Part shown: piece after piece, positions 24,867-34,048 of the stretch
How the letters are laid out: each line of letters starts with the position of its first letter
Position numbering within the stretch: position 1 is the first letter of the stretch
Assembly (NCBI GenBank): GCA_002497765.1
Contig: DAET01000045.1
Location: forward strand, 36,326-99,925
From: Euryarchaeota archaeon UBA486
GTDB taxonomy: Archaea; Thermoplasmatota; Poseidoniia; Poseidoniales; Poseidoniaceae
Direction of reading: 5' to 3'
DNA length: 63,600 bases
Notes under the pieces: generated by a model
Database searches by the model: none
What the model was told of the DNA's origin: nothing
The model's input: the letters and a program-made list of their open reading frames with translations, nothing else
Translations under genes and position numbers: made by a program

Positions 24867-27461
24867 GTGACCTTTCCAAGGGCTTGCGTTGCGTTGGTTG
24901 CGCTGGTCCTGTTGGGAACCCTGTCAGTTCATGCACCGGAGATGCTCGAAGAAGCCCCGCCTGCGATGCGCTCGGGAACGCCCGACCGTGTGATCATCGA
25001 TTCACCACCGACTTCGGTTTCAGCCGACGAGGTGGTCGTGTTTGAAGCCATCATCTACGACCCTGTCAACAATGTCTTGGCGGGCGACATTCACTGGTCA
25101 GCGAGCAACGGCAGCATTTCCGATGACGGGTTGTTTTACCCGTGGTCGGCCGGTTTGGTGGAAATCACCGCCGAACACAACGGGCTCGTAGCCCGCCACA
25201 ACATCAGTGTCGAAGCCGGTGTTCCCACCTCCATTGAAATTACTCGGTTGAGCCTGGGGGTGCTCGAGCCCACGACCCTCACAGCGGATGTACTGGACGG
25301 TCGTGGCAATCGGATGCCCGGTCCAGCCACCATGGTTTGGGACATTGATGGTGTCTATGCAGGGCTCGGCGAGCCCACGTGGACGGCAGAAGAACTCGGC
25401 GATGTCTCTGCACGCGTACGATTCAATCAACTGGAGGCACGAGCCACCATCACCGTAACGGCAGGTGCGCCGTACGCCTTTGTGTTCGAACAACCGCTGA
25501 TGGTTCGTGCTGGCACTCTTCAGAGCATCACGCCCAGTTTGGTTGACATCAACGGCTATGAAATGCCCCTTTCGGCGGTTGGGCCTTTGGCGTGGTTTGC
25601 CGAGAACGGTTCGTTCAACGCCCAGGGAGAATACCTGGCAACCAACACTGGGAAATGGCTGATCACCGTTTCCTCAGGCAACATCACGGGCAGCGGTACG
25701 CTGCAGGTGATTCCCGGTGATGCCGTAGCGTCCACGCTCAAGGTGGCGAATGAACCCGAGACCTACATGGCGGGCGAGTCGTATGAATTGGTCTTTGAAC
25801 GCCGAGATGTGAACGGCTACATCGGATTTGTTTCCCCTTCCATTCACGCGCTTTCGGCTTCATCGGGCGGGCTTTCCGTTGATGACGAAGGACGGGTGTT
25901 TTGGAACCCATCCGGCATTGGTCAAGCCACCATCACGGGTATGGACGGGACGGTTTTAGCCATGCTCGAGCTTGATGTCATGCATGGTCGGGCGATCGAC
26001 CTTGCCTTCCAGCTTGAACCACGGCAACCCTCTGCCGGAGAGCAGGTTGTTTTGCAGCTGGTCGCTGAGGATGTCAAGGGCAACCGATGGGTGGTGGACG
26101 GGAACATCACCATGGGCACGGGTGCCGCCGATGAACTCACGGACGATCTGACATATTCGCTTATTCAGGCTCAGTCCGCCCGCTCGTGGAAGTTTGACGG
26201 GAGCTGGTTTGACAACACCACGGGCGCCATGTTCACGGCCGACGTGTCGTTTGATGTTCAACCCGGTCGATTGGCCTTTATCGAACTCGAGGGGGAAGGA
26301 AGCCGCGTGCCTGCAGACGGTTCGCTGGACCTTAACCCGATGTTCTTCGATGCATACGGCAACGAACTCGAACCCATTGCCCTGAATTGGAGTTTGAACG
26401 GCAACGATATCACGCTCGAGATGCTGCTGAACGACGGCCGATGGACCGCAACCAGCGTTGGCGGGCATGAACTCCGTGTCAACGCTGATGGTGTCTTCGC
26501 TACCGTAAGGTTGACCGTTGTGGCCGGCAACGCCCACGGCCTCATCACCGATGCCGATGAAGGCCTTGTGGTGAATGCTGGACTACCCCACGACCTGTTC
26601 ATTCAGGTGGTTGATGTCCACGGCAACATTGCGGAATCGACCTCAGTCACGTCCTCACTCAACACATCGCTGGGTGAGCTTGAGGCCTCACCAACCGGTC
26701 TTGGCTACTGGCAGTTCACTGGAAAGCAGGTCGGCACCTACGAACTCGTGCTGGAGGACGAGGGAGCAGTCCACACCATCCCGTTGACCATCGAAGCCGG
26801 CTCGCCCGTTCGGATTCAGGCGACCATGAGTCGAGATGGCATTGCTGAAGGCGACGTGGTGTTGCTCAATGCGTTTGCCACCGACGTCTACGGCAACACG
26901 CTGAGCATTCCAAAGGCGAACACCAGCGTTTCCTGTACTGCAGGCCCGGCCTCGTTTGTCACCAACGGAACATGGGAAGTCGACGTGGAAAACGGCGGTA
27001 CTGACCGCTCGTGCACGGTGCGTTGGAGCGGTTTGCTTGCTCAAACGTTCTACGATGTCGATGAAGTCTTGTTGGGGGGCGCTGTTGGGTCAACGAATAC
27101 GGCCATGACCATGGCAGCGGTGCTTCTCTTCCTGTTGCTTGCCGTCCTGGTCACCCTGACCCGAAAGGCTGCAGAGGTTTCGAAAGAAGGCTGGGTGGAA
27201 GACGCCTTTGATGATGAGGACGACGACGATGAGGAGGATGAGATGCTTGGTAGTGCCGTTCAAGACGACACGCCGCTCCACGAGCGGCATGGGCTGACAC
27301 TGGAATCCATGAAAGCTCTGGCGGAAGAGGCCGGTAAGGTGGGGGTCATGCAGGCCACACCGTCCACCACGCAAGGACAAACCGGCTGGTATGTTGATGT
27401 CTCCGAGGAATTGCAATACTGGGAAGTCACGCCTGACGGCGAGTGGATACGGCATGAATGA
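24867..27461 (+). CDS. Type-I anchored surface protein C: signal peptide, Ig-like domain array, TM, acidic tail with Trp/Tyr-rich C-terminus
   Basis: 864 aa. GTG start 12 nt after the giant gene stop, preceded by GAGGAGG (24854-24860). Signal ACVALVALVLLGTLSVHA. Repeated Ig-like units (ISVEAGVPTSIEITR, ITVTAGAPYAFVFEQ, LQVIPGDAVASTLKV, LDVMHGRAIDLAFQL, VRLTVVAGNAHGLI, LTIEAGSPVRIQATM). TM AAVLLFLLLAVLVTL. Tail DDEDDDDEEDE...TGWYVDVSEELQYWEVTPDGEWIRHE. Confidence 0.8.
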   Translation: MTFPRACVALVALVLLGTLSVHAPEMLEEAPPAMRSGTPDRVIIDSPPTSVSADEVVVFEAIIYDPVNNVLAGDIHWSASNGSISDDGLFYPWSAGLVEITAEHNGLVARHNISVEAGVPTSIEITRLSLGVLEPTTLTADVLDGRGNRMPGPATMVWDIDGVYAGLGEPTWTAEELGDVSARVRFNQLEARATITVTAGAPYAFVFEQPLMVRAGTLQSITPSLVDINGYEMPLSAVGPLAWFAENGSFNAQGEYLATNTGKWLITVSSGNITGSGTLQVIPGDAVASTLKVANEPETYMAGESYELVFERRDVNGYIGFVSPSIHALSASSGGLSVDDEGRVFWNPSGIGQATITGMDGTVLAMLELDVMHGRAIDLAFQLEPRQPSAGEQVVLQLVAEDVKGNRWVVDGNITMGTGAADELTDDLTYSLIQAQSARSWKFDGSWFDNTTGAMFTADVSFDVQPGRLAFIELEGEGSRVPADGSLDLNPMFFDAYGNELEPIALNWSLNGNDITLEMLLNDGRWTATSVGGHELRVNADGVFATVRLTVVAGNAHGLITDADEGLVVNAGLPHDLFIQVVDVHGNIAESTSVTSSLNTSLGELEASPTGLGYWQFTGKQVGTYELVLEDEGAVHTIPLTIEAGSPVRIQATMSRDGIAEGDVVLLNAFATDVYGNTLSIPKANTSVSCTAGPASFVTNGTWEVDVENGGTDRSCTVRWSGLLAQTFYDVDEVLLGGAVGSTNTAMTMAAVLLFLLLAVLVTLTRKAAEVSKEGWVEDAFDDEDDDDEEDEMLGSAVQDDTPLHERHGLTLESMKALAEEAGKVGVMQATPSTTQGQTGWYVDVSEELQYWEVTPDGEWIRHE

Positions 27462-27934
27462 ACCCTGAACAACCAATGCGGGGATTCAAAACGGGGAGAC
27501 CCCTCTCACCACCCATGAGCACCGCTGACCTCGTCGACCGTCTCAACGAAGCTTTGGGTTGGGAACTGCGCGCCATGACCATGTATGCACACTACGCCGC
27601 CAACGTTCAGGGCATTCATCGCCTCCAACTCGACCCGATGTTCAACGAAGAAGCCACAGAATCATTGGCCCACGCTGACGTTGTTCGCCGGGCCGTTGTG
27701 AAACTCGGTGGCGTGCCGGTGACGGAACGCAATGCACACCCTATCATGCACACCACCGACTACAAGGCCATGCTGGAACGCTCCCTTGAGACCGAGACCA
27801 AGGCTGCCGAGGTGTATGCTGGCATCATTACGTTGCTTGAGGAGGTCGGCGACCAAGAGATGTACGACGCCATCGAGCAAATTTACTTCGCAGAATTACG
27901 AAGTTTGGAGAACCTTCGGTTGATCCTCGCCTGA
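27458..27934 (+). CDS. Ferritin-like / Dps-family four-helix-bundle protein
   Basis: 158 aa. LVDRLNEALGWELRAMTMYAHYAANVQG...EEATESLAHADVVRRAVVKLGG...ERSLETETKAAEVYAGIITLLEE...YDAIEQIYFAELRSLENL shows the E...E/H spacing of ferritin-like di-iron bundles. The start overlaps the upstream stop (ATGA). An alternative start, MSTADLV, is at 27518. Confidence 0.6.
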   Translation: MNPEQPMRGFKTGRPLSPPMSTADLVDRLNEALGWELRAMTMYAHYAANVQGIHRLQLDPMFNEEATESLAHADVVRRAVVKLGGVPVTERNAHPIMHTTDYKAMLERSLETETKAAEVYAGIITLLEEVGDQEMYDAIEQIYFAELRSLENLRLILA

Positions 27935-27969
27935 GTGTTCTGCGTTCTCTCTCCACATGGAGAACAGCA

Positions 27970-29367
27970 TCAGTTGTCGTCGTTGACTTCACTTCCGTCT
28001 CGGCTAAGGAAGGCATTCAGGGGTGTGGTGCCTTCTCGGGGCTTGACATTTCGTTGCCCGTAGGCATACCATGCGATGAGGCCAAGGAGGATGGCTCCGC
28101 CCCCGCCAAACAGGGCTTTCTTCCCCATCAACACCAGCATGAAGATGCCCGCTACGGTGCCGTAGATTTGAGGCAGCGGGTACAAAGGAGACCGGTAGGG
28201 AGGATTCCATTCGTGCTTTGGAGCCGCACCACGGAGCACGACGACCGTCAGATTCAGGACGATGAACACCATGAGAATGAACCCAGAAGCCAATTCTGCG
28301 ATGACGTGAACGTCGAATGAATAGATGGAGATGGCCATCAGCAGACCGGTGAGCAAAATGGGCCAGTGCGGTGTCTTGTATCGCTCGTTGAGTTCACCGA
28401 GAGGGGCTGGGAGCACGCCGTCCTTGGCCATGGCGTAGAGGAAGCGCGACGATGACAGGACACCGGCAAGGGCCATGGAGGCCATGGCGATGATGGCAAC
28501 CAACGAGGCGATCAGCACCACGGTGGTGCCTGCAACCGAGTCGGCAAAGACCGAGATGGGGTTTTCGACGGCATGCGGCGGGGTTCCGGTCATGAAAGCA
28601 CCGGGGTCCATCACAGCGGCCATGATGTAGGCCACGATGGCGTAGAGAAGGGTGGCGATCACAAGGGACTGGATCATCCCTCTCGGGAGGTTCGTTTCTG
28701 GGTCCAGGACTTCGCCACCGATGGCGCCGACTTTGATGGCTCCGGAAAAGGCGACGAACACGAGGGCGGCTGCCGTCCCCATGCTCAAAGTGACGGGTTG
28801 GAAATTTTCGACGGGTCGGCCAAGGTCCAGGTCAGAGGAGAACAAGGCCATGATGCACAACACGACGACCATGGCCATGGCACCCGTTACGATGGGGATT
28901 TGCACTTTTTTGATGGCCTTTACACCGGTCAGGTTCACGAGAAGAATGAACGCAAGAAGCACCATTGCAATGGCATTCGCGTTGACGTTATCAATGCCGT
29001 AATGGTCGGTGACCACTTTCATGTAGGCTGCGAATCCGACGAGGGCGAAGGCAGACTTCAACATAAACGAGGCAAACAAACCCAAGCCGCTGATGGTGCC
29101 AACGAGGTAGCCATAGGTGCGTTCTGCGTAGACATAGAATCCTCCGGATTGCGGCATGGCACTGGCCAATTCAGCCTTCGAGTAGGCGCTGGCGATCACC
29201 ACGCTGCCGGCCAAGATGAAGGCGAACCACATCCCGGGCCCCACCACTTCGTGGGCGAAAGCAGGGAGGAGGAAAATGCCCGATCCCAACATCGACGACA
29301 GTGAAAGAATCACGAGTGTTTTCAGACCGATGGTGCGGGCCATCTCAACTGCTTTCTCAGCGCCCAT
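27970..29367 (-). CDS. APC-superfamily amino-acid/polyamine permease
   Basis: 465 aa, ~12 predicted TM helices. N-terminal GLKTLVILSLSSMLGSGIFLLPAFA matches the APC consensus (GxG IF). Confidence 0.85.
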   Translation of the reverse strand: MGAEKAVEMARTIGLKTLVILSLSSMLGSGIFLLPAFAHEVVGPGMWFAFILAGSVVIASAYSKAELASAMPQSGGFYVYAERTYGYLVGTISGLGLFASFMLKSAFALVGFAAYMKVVTDHYGIDNVNANAIAMVLLAFILLVNLTGVKAIKKVQIPIVTGAMAMVVVLCIMALFSSDLDLGRPVENFQPVTLSMGTAAALVFVAFSGAIKVGAIGGEVLDPETNLPRGMIQSLVIATLLYAIVAYIMAAVMDPGAFMTGTPPHAVENPISVFADSVAGTTVVLIASLVAIIAMASMALAGVLSSSRFLYAMAKDGVLPAPLGELNERYKTPHWPILLTGLLMAISIYSFDVHVIAELASGFILMVFIVLNLTVVVLRGAAPKHEWNPPYRSPLYPLPQIYGTVAGIFMLVLMGKKALFGGGGAILLGLIAWYAYGQRNVKPREGTTPLNAFLSRDGSEVNDDN

Positions 29368-29473
29368 ACAAATTCCCCGAATTCTGGTAAGCCTTGGGCT
29401 TGTATCACCTCGTATGGGAAGCCTGTCCTTGAACTCTTGTCCGATTACGGCCGAGGTTCGCCGGATTCCGGAA

Positions 29474-30928
29474 CTATTCTCCCAAATGCACGATGACCTT
29501 CATCTCGACGGCAATGGGCGTCGGAAGGGCATCGATGGCCAGGGTGGTTCGCGTGGGACCCACCAGCCCCAACGTCTCGGCCCACACCTCGTTGTAACCG
29601 GCGAAGTCGCGCTTCATATCCACGAGGAAGGTCGTTACATCAACGACCTGGTCAAACCGGGCACCGGCCTCCTCAACGATTCGTCGAACGTTTTCGACCA
29701 CGGCGTGGGTCTGTGCTCTGATGTCGTAGTCGAGCGGCTCCCCGTTCTCATCATGAATCGGTCCCCCTGGAATCGAGTTGGTGCCGGGTTGACGAGGCCC
29801 AACGCCTGAGAGGTAGAGCATGTCGCCGACTCGCCGAGCGTGAGGGTAGGCGCCCACCGGCTTGGGAGCCGCCGTTGTGTTGACCGAACCCTCGGCTTCA
29901 GTGGGGTCCCAAAGAGCCGGTCCGTTGGCCTCGGGGGTGGAGCGTTCCGAGGTTCCAGCTCCGCCGTCGGCGATTTCAGAGGCCGCCTGTTCGATGTTCT
30001 CATCGGTTTCCGTGCCGGTGTCCAAGACCCCACGCTCACCGTGGAAGTATTCGACATCGTCTTCGTCGTATTCTTTGTCGCCAACACCCGTGGATGTGGG
30101 GTCGACGTGGACCACAGCACCGCCTGCTCCGTGAATGGCCTCGTAGGCCAGGATCTTGCCGGTCAGGTCGTTGCGGTTTCCGTTCATCGCTGAGAGCCAC
30201 CACATGGGCTTGAAAGCCACGACTTTTTGGACGCGAATTTGCTGGTGAATCGTTCGAGACAACTGCCCAACGTCTTCGAGGCGGCCTTCTTCGAGGAATT
30301 CCAGAATCTTGCGGTTCCATTCGTCGTCCTTGAGCGAGTGGATTTTGTCATCGGCGGGTTCGATGAAATCCGTGAACATGCGGTTGGAGAGCGACATGGC
30401 CGTGATGGCGACGGCTCGCCGACCTTGGGATTTGATCACATCCAAGCATGATTTCGCCAGGACGGTGGTTTCACTTCGGTTGGCGTACATGTTGGAGGAC
30501 ACGATGACGGCAGGGATGGAATTGTCCGGGTTGAGCAGCGTCAATGCGACGACGGAGCCGACATCGATGGGGAAGCCCTTGTAGTTGACACACCGGCTTT
30601 GAAGTCCTCGGTTTCGGTTGGCGTCGTCCCACGCATGGGCAAATTCAGCGTCGATGTTGAAGGAATAGGGAATGGAGCCCAAATCGTGGAAGTCGTGGTC
30701 GACCATCACCCACTCGGGGTTGGGGTCGGCTTGGATTTGATGGCCGATGATGGAGGGCCACGTTGTAGAGTAGATGATGAGCAAATCCGCTTCAAGGTCG
30801 CGAATGGTTTGTGCAGCCTCGTCGTAGGCATTGCGCAGCGCTCGCCAACCGGGGTTCATGTCCGGGGCAAGCACCGTGTGCGGATGAACAGGGACCACGA
30901 ACGAGGCTACCACGCCACCTTCGCTCAT
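29474..30928 (-). CDS. Fusion protein: non-catalytic LigB-type extradiol dioxygenase alpha-like domain + acidic linker + RidA/YjgF (deaminase-type) domain
   Basis: 484 aa. The N-terminal ~290 aa are paralogous to the upstream dioxygenase but lack its His residues (STTWPS vs SPHWQT; MSLSNRMF vs NSLSHRHF). The linker is DEDDVEYFHGERGVLDTGTETDENIEQAASE. The C-terminal ~125 aa (PKPVGAYPHARRVGDMLYLSGVGPR...THAVVENVRRIVEEAGARFDQVVDVTTFLVDM...PTRTTLAIDALPTPIAVEMKVIV) are RidA/YjgF/UK114-like. The ATG overlaps the upstream stop (ATGA). Confidence 0.7.
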   Translation of the reverse strand: MSEGGVVASFVVPVHPHTVLAPDMNPGWRALRNAYDEAAQTIRDLEADLLIIYSTTWPSIIGHQIQADPNPEWVMVDHDFHDLGSIPYSFNIDAEFAHAWDDANRNRGLQSRCVNYKGFPIDVGSVVALTLLNPDNSIPAVIVSSNMYANRSETTVLAKSCLDVIKSQGRRAVAITAMSLSNRMFTDFIEPADDKIHSLKDDEWNRKILEFLEEGRLEDVGQLSRTIHQQIRVQKVVAFKPMWWLSAMNGNRNDLTGKILAYEAIHGAGGAVVHVDPTSTGVGDKEYDEDDVEYFHGERGVLDTGTETDENIEQAASEIADGGAGTSERSTPEANGPALWDPTEAEGSVNTTAAPKPVGAYPHARRVGDMLYLSGVGPRQPGTNSIPGGPIHDENGEPLDYDIRAQTHAVVENVRRIVEEAGARFDQVVDVTTFLVDMKRDFAGYNEVWAETLGLVGPTRTTLAIDALPTPIAVEMKVIVHLGE

Positions 30929-31827
30929 GCCTGTTCCTCCTCATGTGCATAGCAGGGCCATTCAACCACCGCATTTCCAGTCCCGATGATGGTGCCGTAG
31001 CCGTGCAGAATAGCAGGGTAGTCGGGCACGTCAAGGGTGGACAGCAACCAAGAAAGTCCGCCTCCATCACTTTCTGCGATGGCTTGTTCGGTGAACTCGG
31101 GCATTTCATCGAGAATGCGTTGCGCCTGTCCGCTCCGCATGTAGTCGATCATCCGCATGTCCCACAAATGCATGGCATGGCTCGTAATGTGCTCTTTGCT
31201 CATGTCTTCAGGCATTTCGGATTCGGTCGTGAAGTGTCGGTGCGAAAGCGAATTGCTGGCCAAAACGACCACCTTTTTCCCCGAGGCTTCGATAGCCCGT
31301 CGGGTCACTTTTCCAAGTTCCATCATGATTTCTTGCATGACTTCCACGGAGTAGTAGGCCGTGGAGCGATTGCTGGAAATGACCACCAGCGGTTTGTCCC
31401 AATCAGGGTTGAACAAGTGGCCGGTCGTGATCGTGCCGTAATCAACACGAAAATCCGGGTTTTCCATCATCTTCACGGGAAGGCCGGCGGCTTCGGCTTC
31501 GTCATGGATGGCTTTGGCGAGGTCAACATCCACGTTCATGTCGTAATGGTAGCGGAAGAGGTTCGGGAAGATGGGGTCGACGGAAAGGCCCTCAAAATGA
31601 GGCAAGCCAAGGAAGTGGGTTCCGACATAGGTTTGCCAGTGGGGTGAGAGCAACACGATGGCATCGTAGTCCTTGTCGGCCAGCGAGGCTCGAAGCCGTT
31701 CGTAGCCCCAGCGGAGTTGCTCCCAACCGCCTTCGGCCACCGGTTCGTTTTGGGGCGGGTTTTCTGCGTACACCAAGTGGGGTGGGTGGGGAGCGATGCA
31801 ACCAGCCACGATGCGACCTTTGCCCAT
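30925..31827 (-). CDS. Class III (LigB-type) extradiol ring-cleavage dioxygenase, catalytic beta subunit (AmnB-like)
   Basis: Track ORF 30925..31926 shortened to MGKGRIVAGCIAPHPPHLVYAENPPQNEP. Metal/catalytic His motifs are APHPPH, LLSPHW and LASNSLSHRHF, plus GYGTIIGTGNAVVEW near the C-terminus. Alternative starts are at 31926 and 31899. Confidence 0.75.
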   Translation of the reverse strand: MGKGRIVAGCIAPHPPHLVYAENPPQNEPVAEGGWEQLRWGYERLRASLADKDYDAIVLLSPHWQTYVGTHFLGLPHFEGLSVDPIFPNLFRYHYDMNVDVDLAKAIHDEAEAAGLPVKMMENPDFRVDYGTITTGHLFNPDWDKPLVVISSNRSTAYYSVEVMQEIMMELGKVTRRAIEASGKKVVVLASNSLSHRHFTTESEMPEDMSKEHITSHAMHLWDMRMIDYMRSGQAQRILDEMPEFTEQAIAESDGGGLSWLLSTLDVPDYPAILHGYGTIIGTGNAVVEWPCYAHEEEQA

Positions 31828-32014
31828 GGCCCAATGCAGGGCGGCGAGGTTTAATTCATCATCGGCACCTTTCGTCCGTTTCGGGGGACGAGGGGTCATA
31901 AACGACCTGCGGTGAGGTAGACCCATGGAGGCGTCCGCCGAGGAAACAACGTCCCTTCAGGTGGAGGCCCTGCCTCCCCGTTCGGCGACCTGGCGGGAGA
32001 CCTTTGACAACGTG

Positions 32015-32416
32015 ATGGCGCCCACTGCTTTTGGCATGGGCGCAGGTGCGTTGTGGGAAGCCCTCGCCATGCCCCACCTTTCCTACGGCTTGCCGAACCC
32101 ACCGCAAGGCGGATTGCTCCTCATGCTGTTGTTCGCTCCACTGCTTCATCGTCTGCTAACCAATCACCCGCAGAGCCGCTGGAAAGAGTATCTCGGTGGT
32201 GCTACGGCGCTCGCCTTCCCGTTGCTGCTGATTTGGTCGACCGGATTTGGTGGCTTTGTGTGCGGTGGCTATGTCACCGTGGTGGTGTGGATTTGGGTCA
32301 GCACGTCGTGGTGGCGTTTCCATCTCCCGCCGTTTCGGTTGGCCATCTGGCACACCATGGGCGTCAACATCGGCGCTCTCGGTGGGTCGCTGCTCTACTT
32401 CAGCATGATGGCTTGA
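32015..32416 (+). CDS. Hypothetical membrane protein
   Basis: Track ORF 31925..32416. Its first ATG overlaps the divergent dioxygenase ORF, so the internal MAPTAFGMGAGALWEAL start is preferred. It has four hydrophobic segments. The stop abuts the panB stop with zero intergenic bases. Confidence 0.4.
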   Translation: MAPTAFGMGAGALWEALAMPHLSYGLPNPPQGGLLLMLLFAPLLHRLLTNHPQSRWKEYLGGATALAFPLLLIWSTGFGGFVCGGYVTVVVWIWVSTSWWRFHLPPFRLAIWHTMGVNIGALGGSLLYFSMMA

Positions 32417-33238
32417 TCACGACGTGTACGATTCCTCGTCGTTGGGGAAGTCACCCGAGCGCACGTCGCTGCAGTAGGACTTGATGGCACCATCGATCTC
32501 TTCGGCGAGGTTGAGGTAGCGGCGCAGGAAACGGGGCGAGAAGTCCATGGTGATGCCCAAGAGGTCGTGAAGGACGAGCACCTGACCGTCAACATCCGGT
32601 CCCGCTCCGATGCCGATGGTGGGAATACTGAGAGCCTCGGATACTCGCTTGGCGAGTTCCCGTGGAATTTTTTCAAGCACGATGGCGAAGCAGCCCGCTT
32701 CCTCGAGAACTTTCGCATCGGCGATGAGCTTCTCAGCCTCCTCGTCCTCCTTGGCCCGAACAGAGTAGGTGCCGAATTTGTAGATGGATTGTGGCGTCAG
32801 ACCCAAGTGCCCCATGACAGGGATGCCTGCGGTCAAAATGCGCTGAATCGACTCAACGATTTCGGCGCCGCCTTCCAGTTTGACGGCGTGGCCGCTGGAT
32901 TCCTTCATGATTCGAATGGCCGACTCAAGCGCTTGGCGTGAGTTCCCCTGGTAGGTTCCAAACGGCATGTCAACCACGAGAAGGGCGCGGTCAACAGCTC
33001 GCTCAACGCACTGAGCGTGGTAAATCATGTGGTCCAAGGTCATCGGGACGGTGGTGACCTGACCGGCCATCACGTTGGAGGCGGAATCGCCCACGAGGAT
33101 GACATCGACACCGGCTTGATCGACCAGGCGGGCAAGGGAGTAGTCGTAAGCGGTGAGCATGGTGATTTTTTCACCTGCTCGCTTCATTTCCTGAAGCGTG
33201 TGAGTGGTGACTTTCCGTGCTTCACTGTAGACGGACAT
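32417..33238 (-). CDS. panB: 3-methyl-2-oxobutanoate hydroxymethyltransferase (ketopantoate hydroxymethyltransferase)
   Basis: Start moved to [62 protein letters not shown] and GHLGLTPQS are PanB hallmarks. Confidence 0.9.
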   Translation of the reverse strand: MSVYSEARKVTTHTLQEMKRAGEKITMLTAYDYSLARLVDQAGVDVILVGDSASNVMAGQVTTVPMTLDHMIYHAQCVERAVDRALLVVDMPFGTYQGNSRQALESAIRIMKESSGHAVKLEGGAEIVESIQRILTAGIPVMGHLGLTPQSIYKFGTYSVRAKEDEEAEKLIADAKVLEEAGCFAIVLEKIPRELAKRVSEALSIPTIGIGAGPDVDGQVLVLHDLLGITMDFSPRFLRRYLNLAEEIDGAIKSYCSDVRSGDFPNDEESYTS

Positions 33239-33281
33239 GCATCTTCCACCGCCCTCGGTGTTTTGAACGCGTCGCCTGCGG

Positions 33282-34010
33282 TCATTCTTCTTCATTGGCG
33301 AACCCGTGAACGTGGTTTCTCAGTTCATGGATGGCTTCACCTGCCGTGGAACAAGCGAGCAGTTGCTGCCGCGCTTCCAAATCGTTGAGGCACAGGGCTG
33401 CGATGTTGTAAATGGAGCCCTTCTCAGCGTTGATTTGCTCCTCACAGATGGAGGTCACCCACTGATTCAAGATGGCGGCATCCACGTTCAAGCCACGACC
33501 TGCTCGCACAACCACATTGCGGGTCAATGTACGGAGGAAGGCTTGGTCCCCCTCGTCAAGTTCTCCTGTTTCGTCGAGGTAGCGCACTTTGGCTGAGATG
33601 TAGAGTCGGCTGTGTTCTGCGTCGTCGGGAAGGTGTTCGAGGAGCGTTTCAATGTCGGGCGCCACTCCGTCCTCGATGAGGCTCGCCATGGAGGGGTCGG
33701 AAAACGGCGGCAATGCTGGTTCAATGATCTCCTCAACGAAAAAACGGCGGCCGCCGGTGATGGTGATGAAATGGTTGACGCCTCGTGTTTCGTGCGTCTG
33801 TATAATCGCTTCACATCCGTGTCGACGTGGACCGTCCCAACCGTTGGTCGGCTCGAACGGGTCGTTCATCACCAGGCCGAAGGGGCGCTCGTCGAGGATG
33901 CAGCTGTCGAGCATTTGGCGGTAGCGTGGCTCAAACACACGCAACTCTTGGTGTTCGCCAGGAAACAGCACCATGGGCAGGACGAAGAGCGGCAGCGGTT
34001 CTTCGTCCAT
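33282..34010 (-). CDS. LON N-terminal (substrate-binding, PUA-like) domain protein
   Basis: 242 aa. [32 protein letters not shown]...RPFGLVM is the canonical start of the Lon N-domain. There is no AAA+ or protease part. Confidence 0.7.
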   Translation of the reverse strand: MDEEPLPLFVLPMVLFPGEHQELRVFEPRYRQMLDSCILDERPFGLVMNDPFEPTNGWDGPRRHGCEAIIQTHETRGVNHFITITGGRRFFVEEIIEPALPPFSDPSMASLIEDGVAPDIETLLEHLPDDAEHSRLYISAKVRYLDETGELDEGDQAFLRTLTRNVVVRAGRGLNVDAAILNQWVTSICEEQINAEKGSIYNIAALCLNDLEARQQLLACSTAGEAIHELRNHVHGFANEEE

Positions 34011-34048
34011 GCCTTCAGGTCTTCAGGGAAGCATTTGAACATGTGTTC

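Noticed and set aside
27944-27965. 6-bp inverted repeat GTTCTC...GAGAAC in the 35-nt convergent gap between the ferritin-like gene and the permease gene
   Set aside because: The stem is short, the loop is 10 nt and there is no flanking T-tract. This is insufficient evidence for a terminator.
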